This document shows positions 46,992 to 58,226 of a stretch of 64,000 bases of DNA, one piece after another. Positions within the stretch are counted from its first letter, which is position 1, and each line of letters starts with the position of its first letter. The notes under the pieces are model-generated. The model was not told where the DNA came from. It made no database searches and saw only the letters and a list, made by a program, of their open reading frames with translations. The stretch spans positions 1,024,001-1,088,000 of the forward strand of contig CAWKHF010000005.1 in the NCBI GenBank assembly GCA_963849325.1, written 5' to 3'. The position numbers and the translations under genes are program-made. The DNA is from an uncultured Planctomycetota bacterium (GTDB lineage: Bacteria > Planctomycetota > Planctomycetia > Gemmatales > Gemmataceae).

Positions 46992-47097
46992 GTGTGCAAC
47001 AGGACGCGGGCGGCGGATTCACGAGAAACATGAGAAGAGTAAGGAGGGGCGGCTTGGCTGACTCGCTGACTTCGGCGAGGGTCGCCGCTGCTGTTCC

Positions 47098-48384
47098 ATG
47101 GCTGTTCCATCGCGCCGGGTCGTCATCACCGGCATCGGCATCATCAGCCCCATCGGCCTCGATGCGGCCACCTTCTGGCGCTCGCTGCACGAGGGGCGCA
47201 GCGGCGTCCGGCCCATCCGTACCTTCGACGCCTCCGGCCTGCCGGTGCGCTTCGCCGGCGAGATCCCCGACTTCGACGCCAAGGATTACGTCGAGAAGAA
47301 GGACCGCAAAAGTCTGCGAGTGATGGCCCGCACCATCCAGCTGGCCGTCGCCGCCGCCCAGCGCGCCCTGGACGACGGCCAGGTGGACAAGAGCAAGCTC
47401 GACCCGACGCGCTTCGGCGTCGAGTTCGGCGCCGGCCTGATCGCCACCGAGCTGCCGGACCTGGCCGACGCGGCCGCACGTCAGCGCCAACTGCCAGCCG
47501 GGCCGCGTCGATCTGGAGAAGTGGGGCGAGCAGGGCTTGCCGGCCATCCAGCCGCTGTGGATGCTCAAGTATCTGCCCAACATGCTCGCCTGTCACGTCT
47601 CGATCCTGCACGACGCCCAGGGGCCCAACAACAGCATCACCGAGAGCGACGTCGCCAGCCTGCTGGCCCTGGGCGAGGCGTACCGCATCCTGGGCCGCGA
47701 CCAGGCCGACTTCTTCCTGGTCGGCGGCGCCGAGAGCAAGATCAACCCGCTGAGCATGGTTCGCCAGTGCCTGTTCGAGCCGCTGTCGCACCGCAACGAG
47801 ACCCCGGAGAAGGCGTGCCGGCCGTTCGACCGCGACCGCGACGGCCTGGTGCTCGGCGAGGGGGCCGGCGTGTTCGTCGCTGGAGGAACTGGAGCACGCC
47901 CGGCGGCGCGGCGCGCGCATCTACGCCGAGGTGGTCGGCTTCGGCGCCGCCTTCGACCGCGAGCTGACGGGCGACGGCCTGGCGCGGGCCGTCCGCGCCG
48001 CCCTGGCCGAGGCCGGCATCGGGCCGGAGGACGTCGATCACGTCAACGCCCACGGCCTGGCGACGCGCGAATCGGACGCCTGGGAGGCACGCTGTTTGCA
48101 AGAGGTGTTCGGCGACTGCTTCGCCGCCCGTGCCGGTGTTCGCCGCCAAGAGCTACATCGGCAACCTCGGCGCCGGCGGCAGCACGACCGAGCTGGCCGC
48201 CAGCCTGCTGGCCCTGCCGCACGGACAGGTGCCGCCGACGCTCAACTACGAGCAACCCGACCCGGATTGTCCCATCACGGTACTGGCCGGCGCGCCGCGG
48301 CCGATGACGCGGCCCTACGTGGTCAAGGTCAGCTTCACCCAGATGGGCCAGTGCGCGGCCGTGGTCGTGCGGAAATGGGAGTAA
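47098..48384 (+). CDS. Ketosynthase-like protein lacking the catalytic Cys (chain-length-factor-like); frameshifted
   Basis: VVITGIG, GPNNSITESDVAS (Asp at the Cys position), RPFD, GEGAG, NAHG, KSYIGN (Asn for the second His). Confidence 0.8.
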
Positions 48385-48396
48385 GAATCGATTTTG

Positions 48397-48457
48397 GCGA
48401 GCGGGGGGCGTCAGCCCCCTGTTGCTTCTAACAGGGGGCTGACGCCCCCCGCTCGCC
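48397..48457. repeat. REP-like palindrome (family F)
   Basis: ggcgagcggggggcgtcagccccctgtt...aacagggggctgacgccccccgctcgcc. Confidence 0.8.
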
Positions 48458-48475
48458 AGCAGAGGAGCGGCATTC

Positions 48476-49777
48476 ATGCGACGACGAGTCGTCATCACCG
48501 GCATGGGGGCCATCACGCCGCTGGGCCACAGCGTCAAGCGACATCGTTCGAGGCCCAGCTGGCCGGCACGCAGCGGCGTCGGCCCGATCCACTGCTTCGA
48601 CGCCCGCCGCTTCCCGACCCGGTTCGCCGCCCAGGTCAAGGACTTCGACCTGGCCGTTTCGTCCCCGACGCCGGCCGCTGGGCGCACTCCGGCGTCAACA
48701 GCCAGTTCGCCGCCGCCGCCGCCCAGCAGGCCCTGCGACGACGCCGGCCTGCTCGACGACCGCCGCGTGGATCGCAATCGCTTCGGCGTCTACCTCGGCT
48801 CCGGCGAGGGCATCCAGGACTTCCACAACCTCGTGTCGCTGATCGCCAGTCCTATCGCCGCGAGACGCGCCAGTTCGACGCGGCCGCGTTCGAGCAGCGG
48901 CGGCCTGAACGCCGTTCCACGCCGAGCCGCGAGGCCGAGCAGGAGCTGCACACGACGCCGGCCCACCTGGCCGCTCACTTCGACCTGCGAGGGCCCGAAC
49001 TACAACTGCCTGACGGCCTGCGCCGCCAGCAGCCAGGCCATCGGCGAGGCGACCGAGCTGATCCGCCACGGCGACGCCGACCTGATGCTCGCCGGCGGCT
49101 CGCACAGCATGATCCACCCGCTCGGCGTCACCGGCTTCAACCTGCTGACCGCCCTGTCCACGCGCAACGACGAGCCGGAGAAGGCGTCGCGGCCGTTCGA
49201 CCTCAACCGCGACGGCTTCGTCCTCGGCGAAGGCGCCGGCATGCTCGTCCTGGAGGAGCTGGAGCACGCCCGGCGGCGCGGCGCCGACATCTACGCCGAG
49301 CTGACCGGCTACGGCTCGACGGCCGACGCCTTCCGCGTCACCGACAGCCATCCCGACGGCCGCGGCGCCATCGCCTGCATCCGGGCGGCGCCTGAAGGAC
49401 AGCGGCCTGAACGCCGCGGACATCGGCTACATCAACGCCCACGGCACCAGCACCCAGGTCAACGACCGCGTCGAGACGCTGGCCATCAAGAAGGTCTTCG
49501 GCGAGGACGCCTACCGAAGGTCCCGGTCAGCAGCAGCAAGAGCATGCTCGGCCATCTGATCGCCGCCGCCGGCGCGGTCGAGCTGATTACCTGCGTCGAG
49601 GCGCTGCGCCGCGGCGTGCTGCCGCCGACGATCAACTACGAGACGCCCGACCCGGAGTGCGACCTCGACTACATCCCCAACGCGGCCCGCGAGAAACGCG
49701 TCCACCACGCCCTGAGCAACAGCTTCGGCTTCGGCGGGCAGAACATTTCGCTCATCGTCAGCCGTTTTTCATCGTAG
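48476..49777 (+). CDS. fabF: FabF-type beta-ketoacyl-ACP synthase (active KS); frameshifted
   Basis: TACAASS, NAHGTST, KSMLGH (Cys-His-His), NSFGFGG. Confidence 0.88.
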   Translation: MRRRVVITGMGAITPLGHSVKRHRSRPSWPARSGVGPIHCFDARRFPTRFAAQVKDFDLAVSSPTPAAGRTPASTASSPPPPPSRPCDDAGLLDDRRVDRNRFGVYLGSGEGIQDFHNLVSLIASPIAARRASSTRPRSSSGGLNAVPRRAARPSRSCTRRRPTWPLTSTCEGPNYNCLTACAASSQAIGEATELIRHGDADLMLAGGSHSMIHPLGVTGFNLLTALSTRNDEPEKASRPFDLNRDGFVLGEGAGMLVLEELEHARRRGADIYAELTGYGSTADAFRVTDSHPDGRGAIACIRAAPEGQRPERRGHRLHQRPRHQHPGQRPRRDAGHQEGLRRGRLPKVPVSSSKSMLGHLIAAAGAVELITCVEALRRGVLPPTINYETPDPECDLDYIPNAAREKRVHHALSNSFGFGGQNISLIVSRFSS

Positions 49778-49855
49778 TTCGATCCGCGAACGTCAACGAG
49801 CGGAAAAATACCGCTCGCGGACGCTTGCGGATCGGATGACTCGGAGGTTGCCGCT

Positions 49856-50941
49856 GTGTTGTTCTGGCTCGGTGTGGCGTTGATGTGCAGTATGCCGGCC
49901 GCTCTCGGCGCGTTCATGGTTTTCCTGCATTTTTACCTGCGGCTGAAAGTACCTGCACTTTCTCGTCCGCATCTTCCAGGAGAAGCCGCTGTTCATCATC
50001 CCGCGCGGCCAGCCCGACGCCGAGGCCGAACAGTTCGCTTTCCCACGGCGACGGCCTGACGCTCTCCGGCTGCTACCTGCGTGCCACCCGGCCGCGGCGC
50101 GGCGTCATCCTGTTCGGCCTGGAGTTCGGCTCCAACTGCTGGTCGTGCCGCCCTACTGCGAGCACCTCGTCGCCAGCGGCTTCGACGTCTTCGCCTTCGA
50201 GTCGCGCAACCAGGGCGACAGCGACTGCCAGCCCGGCTACGAGCCGCTGCAGTGGGTGACGGACTACGAGGTGCGCGACGTCGCAGGCGGCGCTGGCCTA
50301 CCTGAAGGGCCGGCCCGACGCCGACCCGCGCGGCGTCGGCTTTTTCGGCATCAGCAAGGGGGCCGGCGCCGGCCTGCTCGCCGCTGGCCGCGACCCCTAC
50401 GTCCGCTGCTGCGTCACCGACGGCATGTTCGCCACCTACACGACGCTGGTGCCGTACATGCAGCAGTGGTTCCGCATCTACAACAACCATTATCGCGGTC
50501 CAGGGCCTGATCCCGCCGTGGTATTACGGGCTGATCGGCCTGGCGGGCCTGCGGCAGATCGAGCGCGAACGGCACTGCCACTTCCCGCACCTGGAGACGG
50601 CATCTGCCGCGGCTGGCTCCGCGGCCGCTGCTGATGATCCACGGCGAGGCCGACACCTACATCAAGCCGGAGATGGCCGTCCGTCTGTTCGAGTTCGCCC
50701 GCCAGCCCAAGGAGTTCTGGCTGGTCGAGGCGCCAAGCACAACCAGGCGCTGCAGGTCGCCGGCGAGGAGTATCGGCAGCGCGTGCTGGCGTTCTTCGAG
50801 CAGCACCTGGCCGAGCGCCGGAAGGAGCGCGAGCCACTCCGCCGATCGGCGACAAGGAGCACAGGGCCAGCCACGCTGCGAGCGCGGCCGAGCCACGGAG
50901 GGCGTCGCACTCGTTCCGTGCCTCGCCTTCTTCGGCTGTGA
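49856..50941 (+). CDS. Membrane-anchored alpha/beta hydrolase; frameshifted, end approximate
   Basis: N-terminal TM, RNQGDS, GISKG nucleophile elbow, HGEAD, H.QAL. Confidence 0.75.
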
Positions 50942-50960
50942 CGGCGTGTCGCCGAGAGCA

Positions 50961-51061
50961 GACCACGGATTGCACGGCTAACCGGATACGGATAGAGCTA
51001 GAGAGCCAGTCCGCACGCCAACGTATTGTATTCTGCCTACGTGTACCGTGTATCCGTGGCT
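50961..51061. repeat. Degenerate ACCACGGAT-arm palindromic element
   Basis: accacggattgcacgg...ccgtgtatccgtgg; same arms as 6164..6268. Confidence 0.6.
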
Positions 51062-51106
51062 TATACCTTCGTCCCGGATTCGTGTCTCCGTCCCCGCGAG
51101 AACGCC

Positions 51107-52872
51107 ATGAGTACGATCCTCCGCCGGGGCGTGAAGCGGTCCTCCACTTCCTGCTGCACAAAGTGGTCCTCAAGGCAATGGCCCGGCCCATCCGCCGCCG
51201 CCTGGCGCAGTTCGAGGCGGCCACGCACCGGCCGCGCGAGGTGCAGGAGGCCCTGCTGCGCGACATCCTGGCCTACCAGGCGGCCACCGCCTTCGGCCGC
51301 GACCACCACTTCGACGCCATCCGCACGCGTCGACGACTTCCGCCGTCAGGTGCCCGTGGCCGGCTACGAGTACGTCGAGCCGTACATCGCCCGCGTCCGT
51401 CGCGGCGAGACGGCCGCCCTGCTGGCCGACCCGCGCGTCCACATGTTCGCCCTGACCAGCGGCACCACGGCCGACGCGCAAGTTCATCCCGGTCACGCCG
51501 CAGTACCTGGCCGACTACCGCCGCGGCTGGAACATCTGGGGCCTGAAGGTCTTCCGCGACCACCCCGAGGTCGCGCTTGCGGCCGATCGTGCAGATGTCC
51601 GGCGACTGCGACGAGTTCCGCACCGAGTCCGGCGTGCCCTGCGGCGCCGTCACCGGCCTGACGGCCACGATGCAGAAGCGCATCATCCGCTGGCTCTACT
51701 GCGTGCCGGCCGTGCGTCGGCCGCATCAAGGACCGCGCGGCCAAGTATTACGCCGCCCTGCGTCTGAGCCTGCCGCGCCGGGTCGGCATGATCATCGCCG
51801 CCAACCCCAGCACGCTCATCAACCTGGCCCGCGCCGGCGACCAGGAGAAGGAGTCGCTGATCCGCGACCTCCACGACGGCACGCTGTCGCCGCGCTTCGA
51901 CGTGCCCGCCGACATCCGCGCCGAGCTGACCGCGGCGCGCTGCGCCGCCACCCCGAGCGGGCCCGCGAGCTGGAAGAGATCGTCCGCCGCACCGGCACGC
52001 TGTATCCCGAAGGACTACTGGCCGGCCGATTGCCTGCTGGGCAACTGGACCGGCGGCAGCGTCGGCGCCTACCTGCGGCACTACCCGCGCTACTACGGCG
52101 ACCACGCCGGTCCGCGACGTGGGCCTGATCGCCAGCGAGGGCCGCATGACCATCCCGCTGGCCGACGGCACGCCGGCCGGCGTCCTCGACGTGACCACGC
52201 ACTACTTCGAGTTCATCCCCGAGGCGGAGGGCGACAGCCCGCAGCCGACCGTGCTGGGCGCCGCACGAGCTGCGCGAGGGCGCGACGTACTATCATCCTG
52301 CTGACGACGGCCTTCGGCCTGTACCGCTACCACATCCACGACCTGGTGCGCGTGGCCGGCTTCCACAACGGGACGCCGCTGATCGAGTTCCTGAGCAAGG
52401 GGGCCCACTTCGCCAACATCACCGGCGAGAAGCTGTCGGAGTATCACGTCACGCAGGCGATGGCCGAGGTGCTGCGCGAGCTGGACCTGACGCTGACGGC
52501 CTACAGCCTGGCTCCGTGCTGGCCAACGACGGCGCATCGGCGCCGACCGAGGATTTCGAGCAGCCATATTACGGTCTGTTCGTCGAGCACGGCGACCTGC
52601 CCGACGCCTCGATGGGGCAGCGCCTGGCGGAGCGACTGGACGCTCGGCTGCGGCAGGTGAACATCGAGTACGACAGCAAGCGCGAGAGCCAGCGGCTGGC
52701 GCCGGTGCGGCTGGAGTTGGTGCGGACCGGCTTCTGGCCGCAGTGGGACCGCGCCCGCCTTCTGCAAACCGGCGGCACGCTGGAGCAGTACAAGCATCCC
52801 TGCCTGATCGCCGACCTCAACTTCCGCAGCCGCGTCATGGGCGAGCAAGTCCTGCTCGCCGGCGGTTCGTGA
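51107..52872 (+). CDS. GH3 family acyl-acid amido synthetase; several frameshifts
   Basis: TAFGRDH.F, VPV..YE...PYI, ALTSGTT, ASEG, YFEFIP, GLYRY.I.D.V, TGEK, QYKHPCL. Confidence 0.85.
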
Positions 52873-52890
52873 CGGAGCTGGCTGTCTAAC

Positions 52891-54363
52891 TCAGGGCTTC
52901 TTCTCCGGGCCGACGGACCCGCCGGTCGAACCCGGCGACGGCACCGGCTGGATGGTGATGGTCTGGCTCAACTCCGCCGGCTTGAACGGCAGTTTGGCCG
53001 TGAGGTCGGCGATGAAGTTGGCGCGCTGGAGGAACAGCAGGGCCAGGCAGGTGTCGATGGTCGGACTGGCCTTGTGATAGCCTCCATTGGTCCAGTAACC
53101 GCGCTTCTGCTGGTTGGCGACCAGCACCTCGGCCCCCCAGCGATACCAGTCTCGGCCGCCGACCGCCGGCAGGCCGTACAGCACGCCGACACGCTCCAGC
53201 GACCACAGATAATACAGGTTCTCCATCGGCTGATCGCGCCAGCGGCCGGTCGGCTGGCCGACACTCTTGGCCAGCGCCGCCAGACCGTTGCGGATGCGCG
53301 GGCCGGCGACCGACTTGGGGTCGGACTTGTCAAGCGGCGCGTGCGCAATGCCGTGGCCGACGGCCAGGCCGAGCAGGCCCACGCAGGTCATGGCCGGCTC
53401 CCCCGATTCGCCGCCGCCGTACTGGTAACGATAATCCCAGCTGCCGTCCGGATTCTGGCTGGTTTCAAAGCGGTGGACGAGGAGCCGCAAGCTGCACCGC
53501 GCCGGCACGTCATGCCGCTGCGCGACCCACAAGGCCAGGAGGGCGAACTGCGTGTTCGAGTTGTCCGTGACACTCTGCCGGCCGCGAGCCTCGCGCAGCG
53601 ACAACGGGTCGGGGTCTTGGAACACGGGCAGCGCCTTCAGTCGGCGCGGCAAGGCCGCCGGATCGAGAGTGGGCGGTTTCTCCTGCGGAGGCGCGAGATC
53701 GGCCGGTTTGGAGGGGGCTGATTTGGATAGTTTCGGGATGTCCGAAGGAGACGATTCGGCCGGCTTGGCCGTCGTCGTTCCTTCCAGAAGAGGCGGTTTG
53801 CCGGTGACGGCCGTTCCCGAGAGCGCGGCGCCGGTCTTCGCCGGAATGCCCGCGAGCGGCGGCGGATCGAGTTGCCGCAGCGCGGTGAGGATGTCGTGCT
53901 GGTCCTTCTTGGTGACGAGTCCACAGCGGTAGGTCCAGCCGCCCGTCTCGGCCTGGCCGGCCATGAGGCGGACGGCCAGCGTCTGAATCCGTTCCTTGTC
54001 GTTGGCGTCGCCCAGGCGATCGAGGAACAGAATGCTCAGGGCGATCTCGTAGGTGGCCTCGAGGTTCGGCACGGCTCGCCGGACCACGGCGGCGGCGCGG
54101 CGAACGGCGGGATCGGTGGCCGGCACTCCGCACTCCAGCAGCGTCAGACCGGGCAGGGCCGTGTAGCCGACCGGATACTTTTCCCCCGGACCGGCCCAGG
54201 TGCCGTGCGTGCCCTGCGCTCGCTTGAGGTAGGCGGCGCCCTCGTCGATGGCCCGGTTGATACGCGCATGTTCCTCTTTTGTCAGGGGAAGCGCGTCGGC
54301 CCGCACGAAGGCGGCCCCGAGGACGAGCGCGGACAGGCCGCAGCCGATGGATAGCGTTTTCAT
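52891..54363 (-). CDS. Secreted prenyltransferase/squalene-oxidase-repeat protein with Pro-rich linker
   Basis: AIDEG..YL..Q...G.W, DNSNTQFA, QNPDGSW.Y, YYLWSLER; intact ORF. Confidence 0.8.
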   Translation of the reverse strand: MKTLSIGCGLSALVLGAAFVRADALPLTKEEHARINRAIDEGAAYLKRAQGTHGTWAGPGEKYPVGYTALPGLTLLECGVPATDPAVRRAAAVVRRAVPNLEATYEIALSILFLDRLGDANDKERIQTLAVRLMAGQAETGGWTYRCGLVTKKDQHDILTALRQLDPPPLAGIPAKTGAALSGTAVTGKPPLLEGTTTAKPAESSPSDIPKLSKSAPSKPADLAPPQEKPPTLDPAALPRRLKALPVFQDPDPLSLREARGRQSVTDNSNTQFALLALWVAQRHDVPARCSLRLLVHRFETSQNPDGSWDYRYQYGGGESGEPAMTCVGLLGLAVGHGIAHAPLDKSDPKSVAGPRIRNGLAALAKSVGQPTGRWRDQPMENLYYLWSLERVGVLYGLPAVGGRDWYRWGAEVLVANQQKRGYWTNGGYHKASPTIDTCLALLFLQRANFIADLTAKLPFKPAELSQTITIQPVPSPGSTGGSVGPEKKP

Positions 54364-54472
54364 GGGACTCGTACTCGCGCCGATCTCCTCGGTGGAAAGG
54401 AAGCACTGCATCGATCCTACTGCCGGCCGCCGCCTTCCGGCAAGCGGAAACGAGGAATAGACGAAAACCATA

Positions 54473-54614
54473 AACCGCCAAGGCGCCAAGGATGCCAAGA
54501 GAAGAAGAGAAAAAACCAACAAAAGGGGATGACAAGGGGAATGTTATTCCCCCTACCTTTTGCTGCTTTGTCTTCTCTCTACTTCTCTTGGCGTCCTTGG
54601 CGCCTTGGCGGTTC
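54473..54614. repeat. Family D palindromic element
   Basis: aaccgccaaggcgccaaggatgccaagag...ctcttggcgtccttggcgccttggcggtt. Confidence 0.85.
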
Positions 54615-54620
54615 CTTCGA

Positions 54621-55793
54621 TTACGCCGATGCCCGACCACGTTCATCGCGCGCCAACCATTTCTGCATTTTCGCTAGCTCTTTTGTCCATTGATCGCCGG
54701 CCCGCTTCGCGCTGAAGGCGTCGTAGAGAAGGTCGAGCGTCTCCAGCAAATGACGCAGTTGGGTGATGCGTTCCTCCAGCCGAGCGCGTTCGTCGCTGGC
54801 TTCCGGCGCCGGCAGTCGCGCGCCGCTGACGGCCAGTGTCTCGGCCTGCAAGGTCAGCTCGTACTGATGATCGTGACGGACGACGGTGAGACCGACCTTG
54901 CGCGGCAGCTTGCCGGCCTGGATGGCGCGGCGCGCTTCCGGCAAGCGCGTCGGACCGTCGCTGCTGATGCTCTCGCGTCCGGTCTGCCCGCGCGGACACT
55001 CCAGGACCAGCGTGCGCGTCAGCAGGACGTCGGCTTCCGAGCCGTCGCCCAGCCGGATCGTGTCCGAATCGGAATCGAGCACGTACCACAGCCACAGGAG
55101 ATATTCATTGCCCAGGAAATCGCGGCTGTTTTCGTCGGGCAGCCAGGCGACCTCGGAGGGCGAGGAGCCGGGCACGAACGGGGCCGGCGTCGCGTCATCG
55201 ATGCCGCGCGTCTGCTGGCGCGGTTCGGACAGTCGAAACGCCTGTGGGCCGGCGCCGAGCGGCTCGAAACCGTGACCGAAGGTGTCCTCGAAAAGCGTGT
55301 GCAGACGGTCCAGCGCCGTCACCGAGGAGGTGCCGACGAGCAGCTCGTTGGACAGGGCGTCCCACAGCAGGGGGTAGACCTTGCGCTTGAGGAAACGGCC
55401 GTCGCGGGCCTCGTCTTCCAGCTTTTCGCGGGCGATCTCGCGGGCCTCGCGCTTCTGGCGGGCGCTGGGCAGACCGCTGGGGTTGCCGGCCGCCAAGCCT
55501 TGCAGCTCGATGTGCGTATACGCCCGCAGCAGATCGGCCGGCAGACGCATACTGTCGATGCGCAGGCAGAAGTGCAGCGCATCGTTGACGATGTTCTTGG
55601 CCAGGTCGAACGAGGTATCGAGCAGATGATCGCCGGCGGTCCAGCCGACCTCGACGCCGTCCGCGGAGGCGATCTTCTGTTTGCCGATGGCGTGCGTTTG
55701 CAGGCGTTTCAGGTGCTCGGGACCGAACAGGCCCGGCGATGGACCCTTGAGGCGATAGCGCCCGAAGCTGACCCGTCCGGAGAAGAAACCCAT
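54621..55793 (-). CDS. Hypothetical protein, probable RdgC-like recombination-associated protein
   Basis: MGFFSG..SF.RY, VGW, LRID...P, FLG.EYLLWLW, EA..A...GK.P resemble RdgC-like proteins; intact 390-aa ORF. Confidence 0.6.
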   Translation of the reverse strand: MGFFSGRVSFGRYRLKGPSPGLFGPEHLKRLQTHAIGKQKIASADGVEVGWTAGDHLLDTSFDLAKNIVNDALHFCLRIDSMRLPADLLRAYTHIELQGLAAGNPSGLPSARQKREAREIAREKLEDEARDGRFLKRKVYPLLWDALSNELLVGTSSVTALDRLHTLFEDTFGHGFEPLGAGPQAFRLSEPRQQTRGIDDATPAPFVPGSSPSEVAWLPDENSRDFLGNEYLLWLWYVLDSDSDTIRLGDGSEADVLLTRTLVLECPRGQTGRESISSDGPTRLPEARRAIQAGKLPRKVGLTVVRHDHQYELTLQAETLAVSGARLPAPEASDERARLEERITQLRHLLETLDLLYDAFSAKRAGDQWTKELAKMQKWLARDERGRASA

Positions 55794-55856
55794 GAGGTGC
55801 CTCGCTTCCTACGGCGGTAGGGAGAATGTCCCTCCCTCTCTATCGGCTTTCCTCTT

Positions 55857-55910
55857 TCCGAGCCTGAAGCGTAAGCGAAGAGATTTCTTCGCTTACGCTT
55901 CAGGCTCGGA
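55857..55910. repeat. REP-like family B palindrome
   Basis: tccgagcctgaagcgtaagcgaag...cttcgcttacgcttcaggctcgga. Confidence 0.85.
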
Positions 55911-55972
55911 ATGAAGCTCGCTGTCCCCTGCTGGGATGCGTTCGCGCGGGGCACGGCGGTACAATACCGGAC

Positions 55973-58143
55973 ATGGCCGAGAACCTGACCGGCATCATCG
56001 AGCGCGTGACATTCCACAATCCCGACACGGGCTTTGCCGTGCTGCGCGTGCAGGTGCGCGGGCGGCGCGGGCTGGTGACCGTCGTGGGACAGATGCCGTC
56101 CGCCGTCGTCGGCGAGTACATCCAGGCCAGCGGCGAATGGATTCAGGACCGCACGCACGGCGAACAATTCAAGGCCGCCGAGCTGCGCTGCACGCCGCCG
56201 CACACCGTCGAGGGCATCGAAAAATACCTCGGCTCGGGGCTGGTCAAGGGCATCGGGCCGCACTTCGCCAAGAAGATCGTCGCCGTCTTCGGCGAGCGGA
56301 CGTTGCAGGTCATCGACGAAAGCCCGGCGTTCCTGAAGGAGATCAAAGGCATCGGCCCGCGCCGCATCCAGCGCATCCGCGAGAGTTGGCAGGAACAGAA
56401 GGCGGTGCGCGACATCATGCTCTTTCTGCAATCCAACGGCGTCGGCACCGGCCGGGCCGTGCGCATTTACAAGACCTACGGCGACCAGGCGGTCGAGCTG
56501 GTGCGCGGCAACCCCTACCGCCTGGCGACCGACGTCTGGGGCTTCGGCTTTCAGACCGCCGACGAGTTAGCGGGACGGCTCGGCATCGATCGCGCCTCGC
56601 CGCTGCGCACCGCGCCGCCCTGCGTTTCGTGCTGCAAGAGGCCAGCCAGGAAGGCCACGTCGGCGCTCCCGAGGAAGCCATCGTGCGGCAGACGGCGGAG
56701 TTGACGGACATCCCGGACGAGATCCTCCGCGCCGCCGTCGAGCACGAACGGCAGGCCGGCGACGTGGTGCGCGAGCCGGGCGGCGACGAGCCGTGGCTCT
56801 ATCTGAAACCGCTGTTCCTCGCCGAGCTGGGCCTGGCCCGCTCGGTTCGCAAGTTGCGGCAGGGGCGCCATCCGTTGCCGGCGATCGATGTCGAGGCCGA
56901 TCTGGCACGGGTCGAGCAGAAGATGGGCCTGCAACTGGCCGTCACCCAGCGCGACGCCATTCGAGCGGCAGCGCGCGAAAAGATGCTGATCGTCACAGGC
57001 GGACCCGGCGTTGGGAAGTCAACCATCGTCCGCGGCATCCTGGAGGTTTTTGCCGCGCGGAACCAGCGCTGCGCCCTGTGTGCTCCGACCGGCCGCGCCG
57101 CCAAGCGCCTCAGCGAGACGACCGGCCGTGAGGCCAGGACCATCCACCGGCTGCTGGAATTTGACCCGGCGCTGGGCGGATTCAAGCGCGACGCGGCCCA
57201 ACCGCTCGACCTCGACCTGCTCGTGGTGGACGAGGCGTCGATGGTCGATGTCGTGCTGATGTATCAACTGTTGCGGGCCGTGCCGGCGCACGCCTGCGTG
57301 GTGCTGGTGGGCGACGTCGATCAACTGCCGTCGGTGGGTCCGGGCCTGGTGCTGGCCGATCTCATCGCCTCCGGCACGGTGCCGGTGGTACGGCTGACGG
57401 AGATTTTCCGCCAGGCCGGCCAGAGCTGGATCGTGCGCGCGGCCCACGCCATCAAGCACGGCGAGCTACCCGAGTCGGCGCCGGCCGGCCAGGGCGATTT
57501 CTACTTCGTCGAGGCCAACACGCCCGACGGCATCCTCGAACGCATTGTCGCCATGGTGCGCGAGCGCATCCCCGCCCGTTTCGGCCTCGATCCACTCCGC
57601 GACGTGCAGGTGTTGACGCCGATGAACCGCTCGGAGCTGGGTTCGCAGTCGCTCAACCTCCGCTTGCAGGAGGTGCTTAACCCCGACGGTGGTTCGCAGG
57701 TACAGCGCTTCGGCTGGACCTTCCGCGCCGGCGACAAGGTCATGCAGACGCACAACAATTATCAGAAGGAAGTCTTCAACGGCGACATTGGCCGCATCAC
57801 TGCCATCGACGAAACCGAGCGCGAGCTGACCGTCGAGTACGACGGCAAATCGGTGGTGTATGATTTCGGAGAGCTGGACGAGCTAAGTCTGTCATTCGCC
57901 TGTACGATCCATAAGGCGCAAGGTTCGGAATATCCCGCCGTCGTCATCCCGTTGCACACGCAGCATTACATGATGTTGCAACGCAACTTGTTATACACCG
58001 GCGTGACGCGCGGCAAGAAGCTGGTGGTGATCGTCGGCAGTCGCAAGGCGCTGGAGATGGCCGTGCAGCGCCAGGACACGAATCGACGCTATTCGGCGCT
58101 GCGGCGCCGCTTGCAAGAAGAGGAGGAGCGACCGACCGGATAG
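55973..58143 (+). CDS. recD2: ATP-dependent RecD-like DNA helicase; frameshift near 56605
   Basis: KGIGP Hh[50 protein letters not shown]. Confidence 0.93.
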
Positions 58144-58226
58144 ATCACGACGTCGCTTCGCTTTCCCGGATCGAATGCGAATAGGTAGAATAAGGGACGG
58201 TCCCTCTTGTACTTGGGAGAAACGCC

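Noticed and set aside
44598-49777. Ladderane or aryl-polyene assignment
   Set aside because: No radical-SAM, methyltransferase or aryl-loading genes in the window; the product class cannot be assigned.
52891-54363. Squalene-hopene cyclase or terpene cluster (also 119..1898)
   Set aside because: Only QW-like repeats; no DXDD motif, and both proteins have signal peptides.
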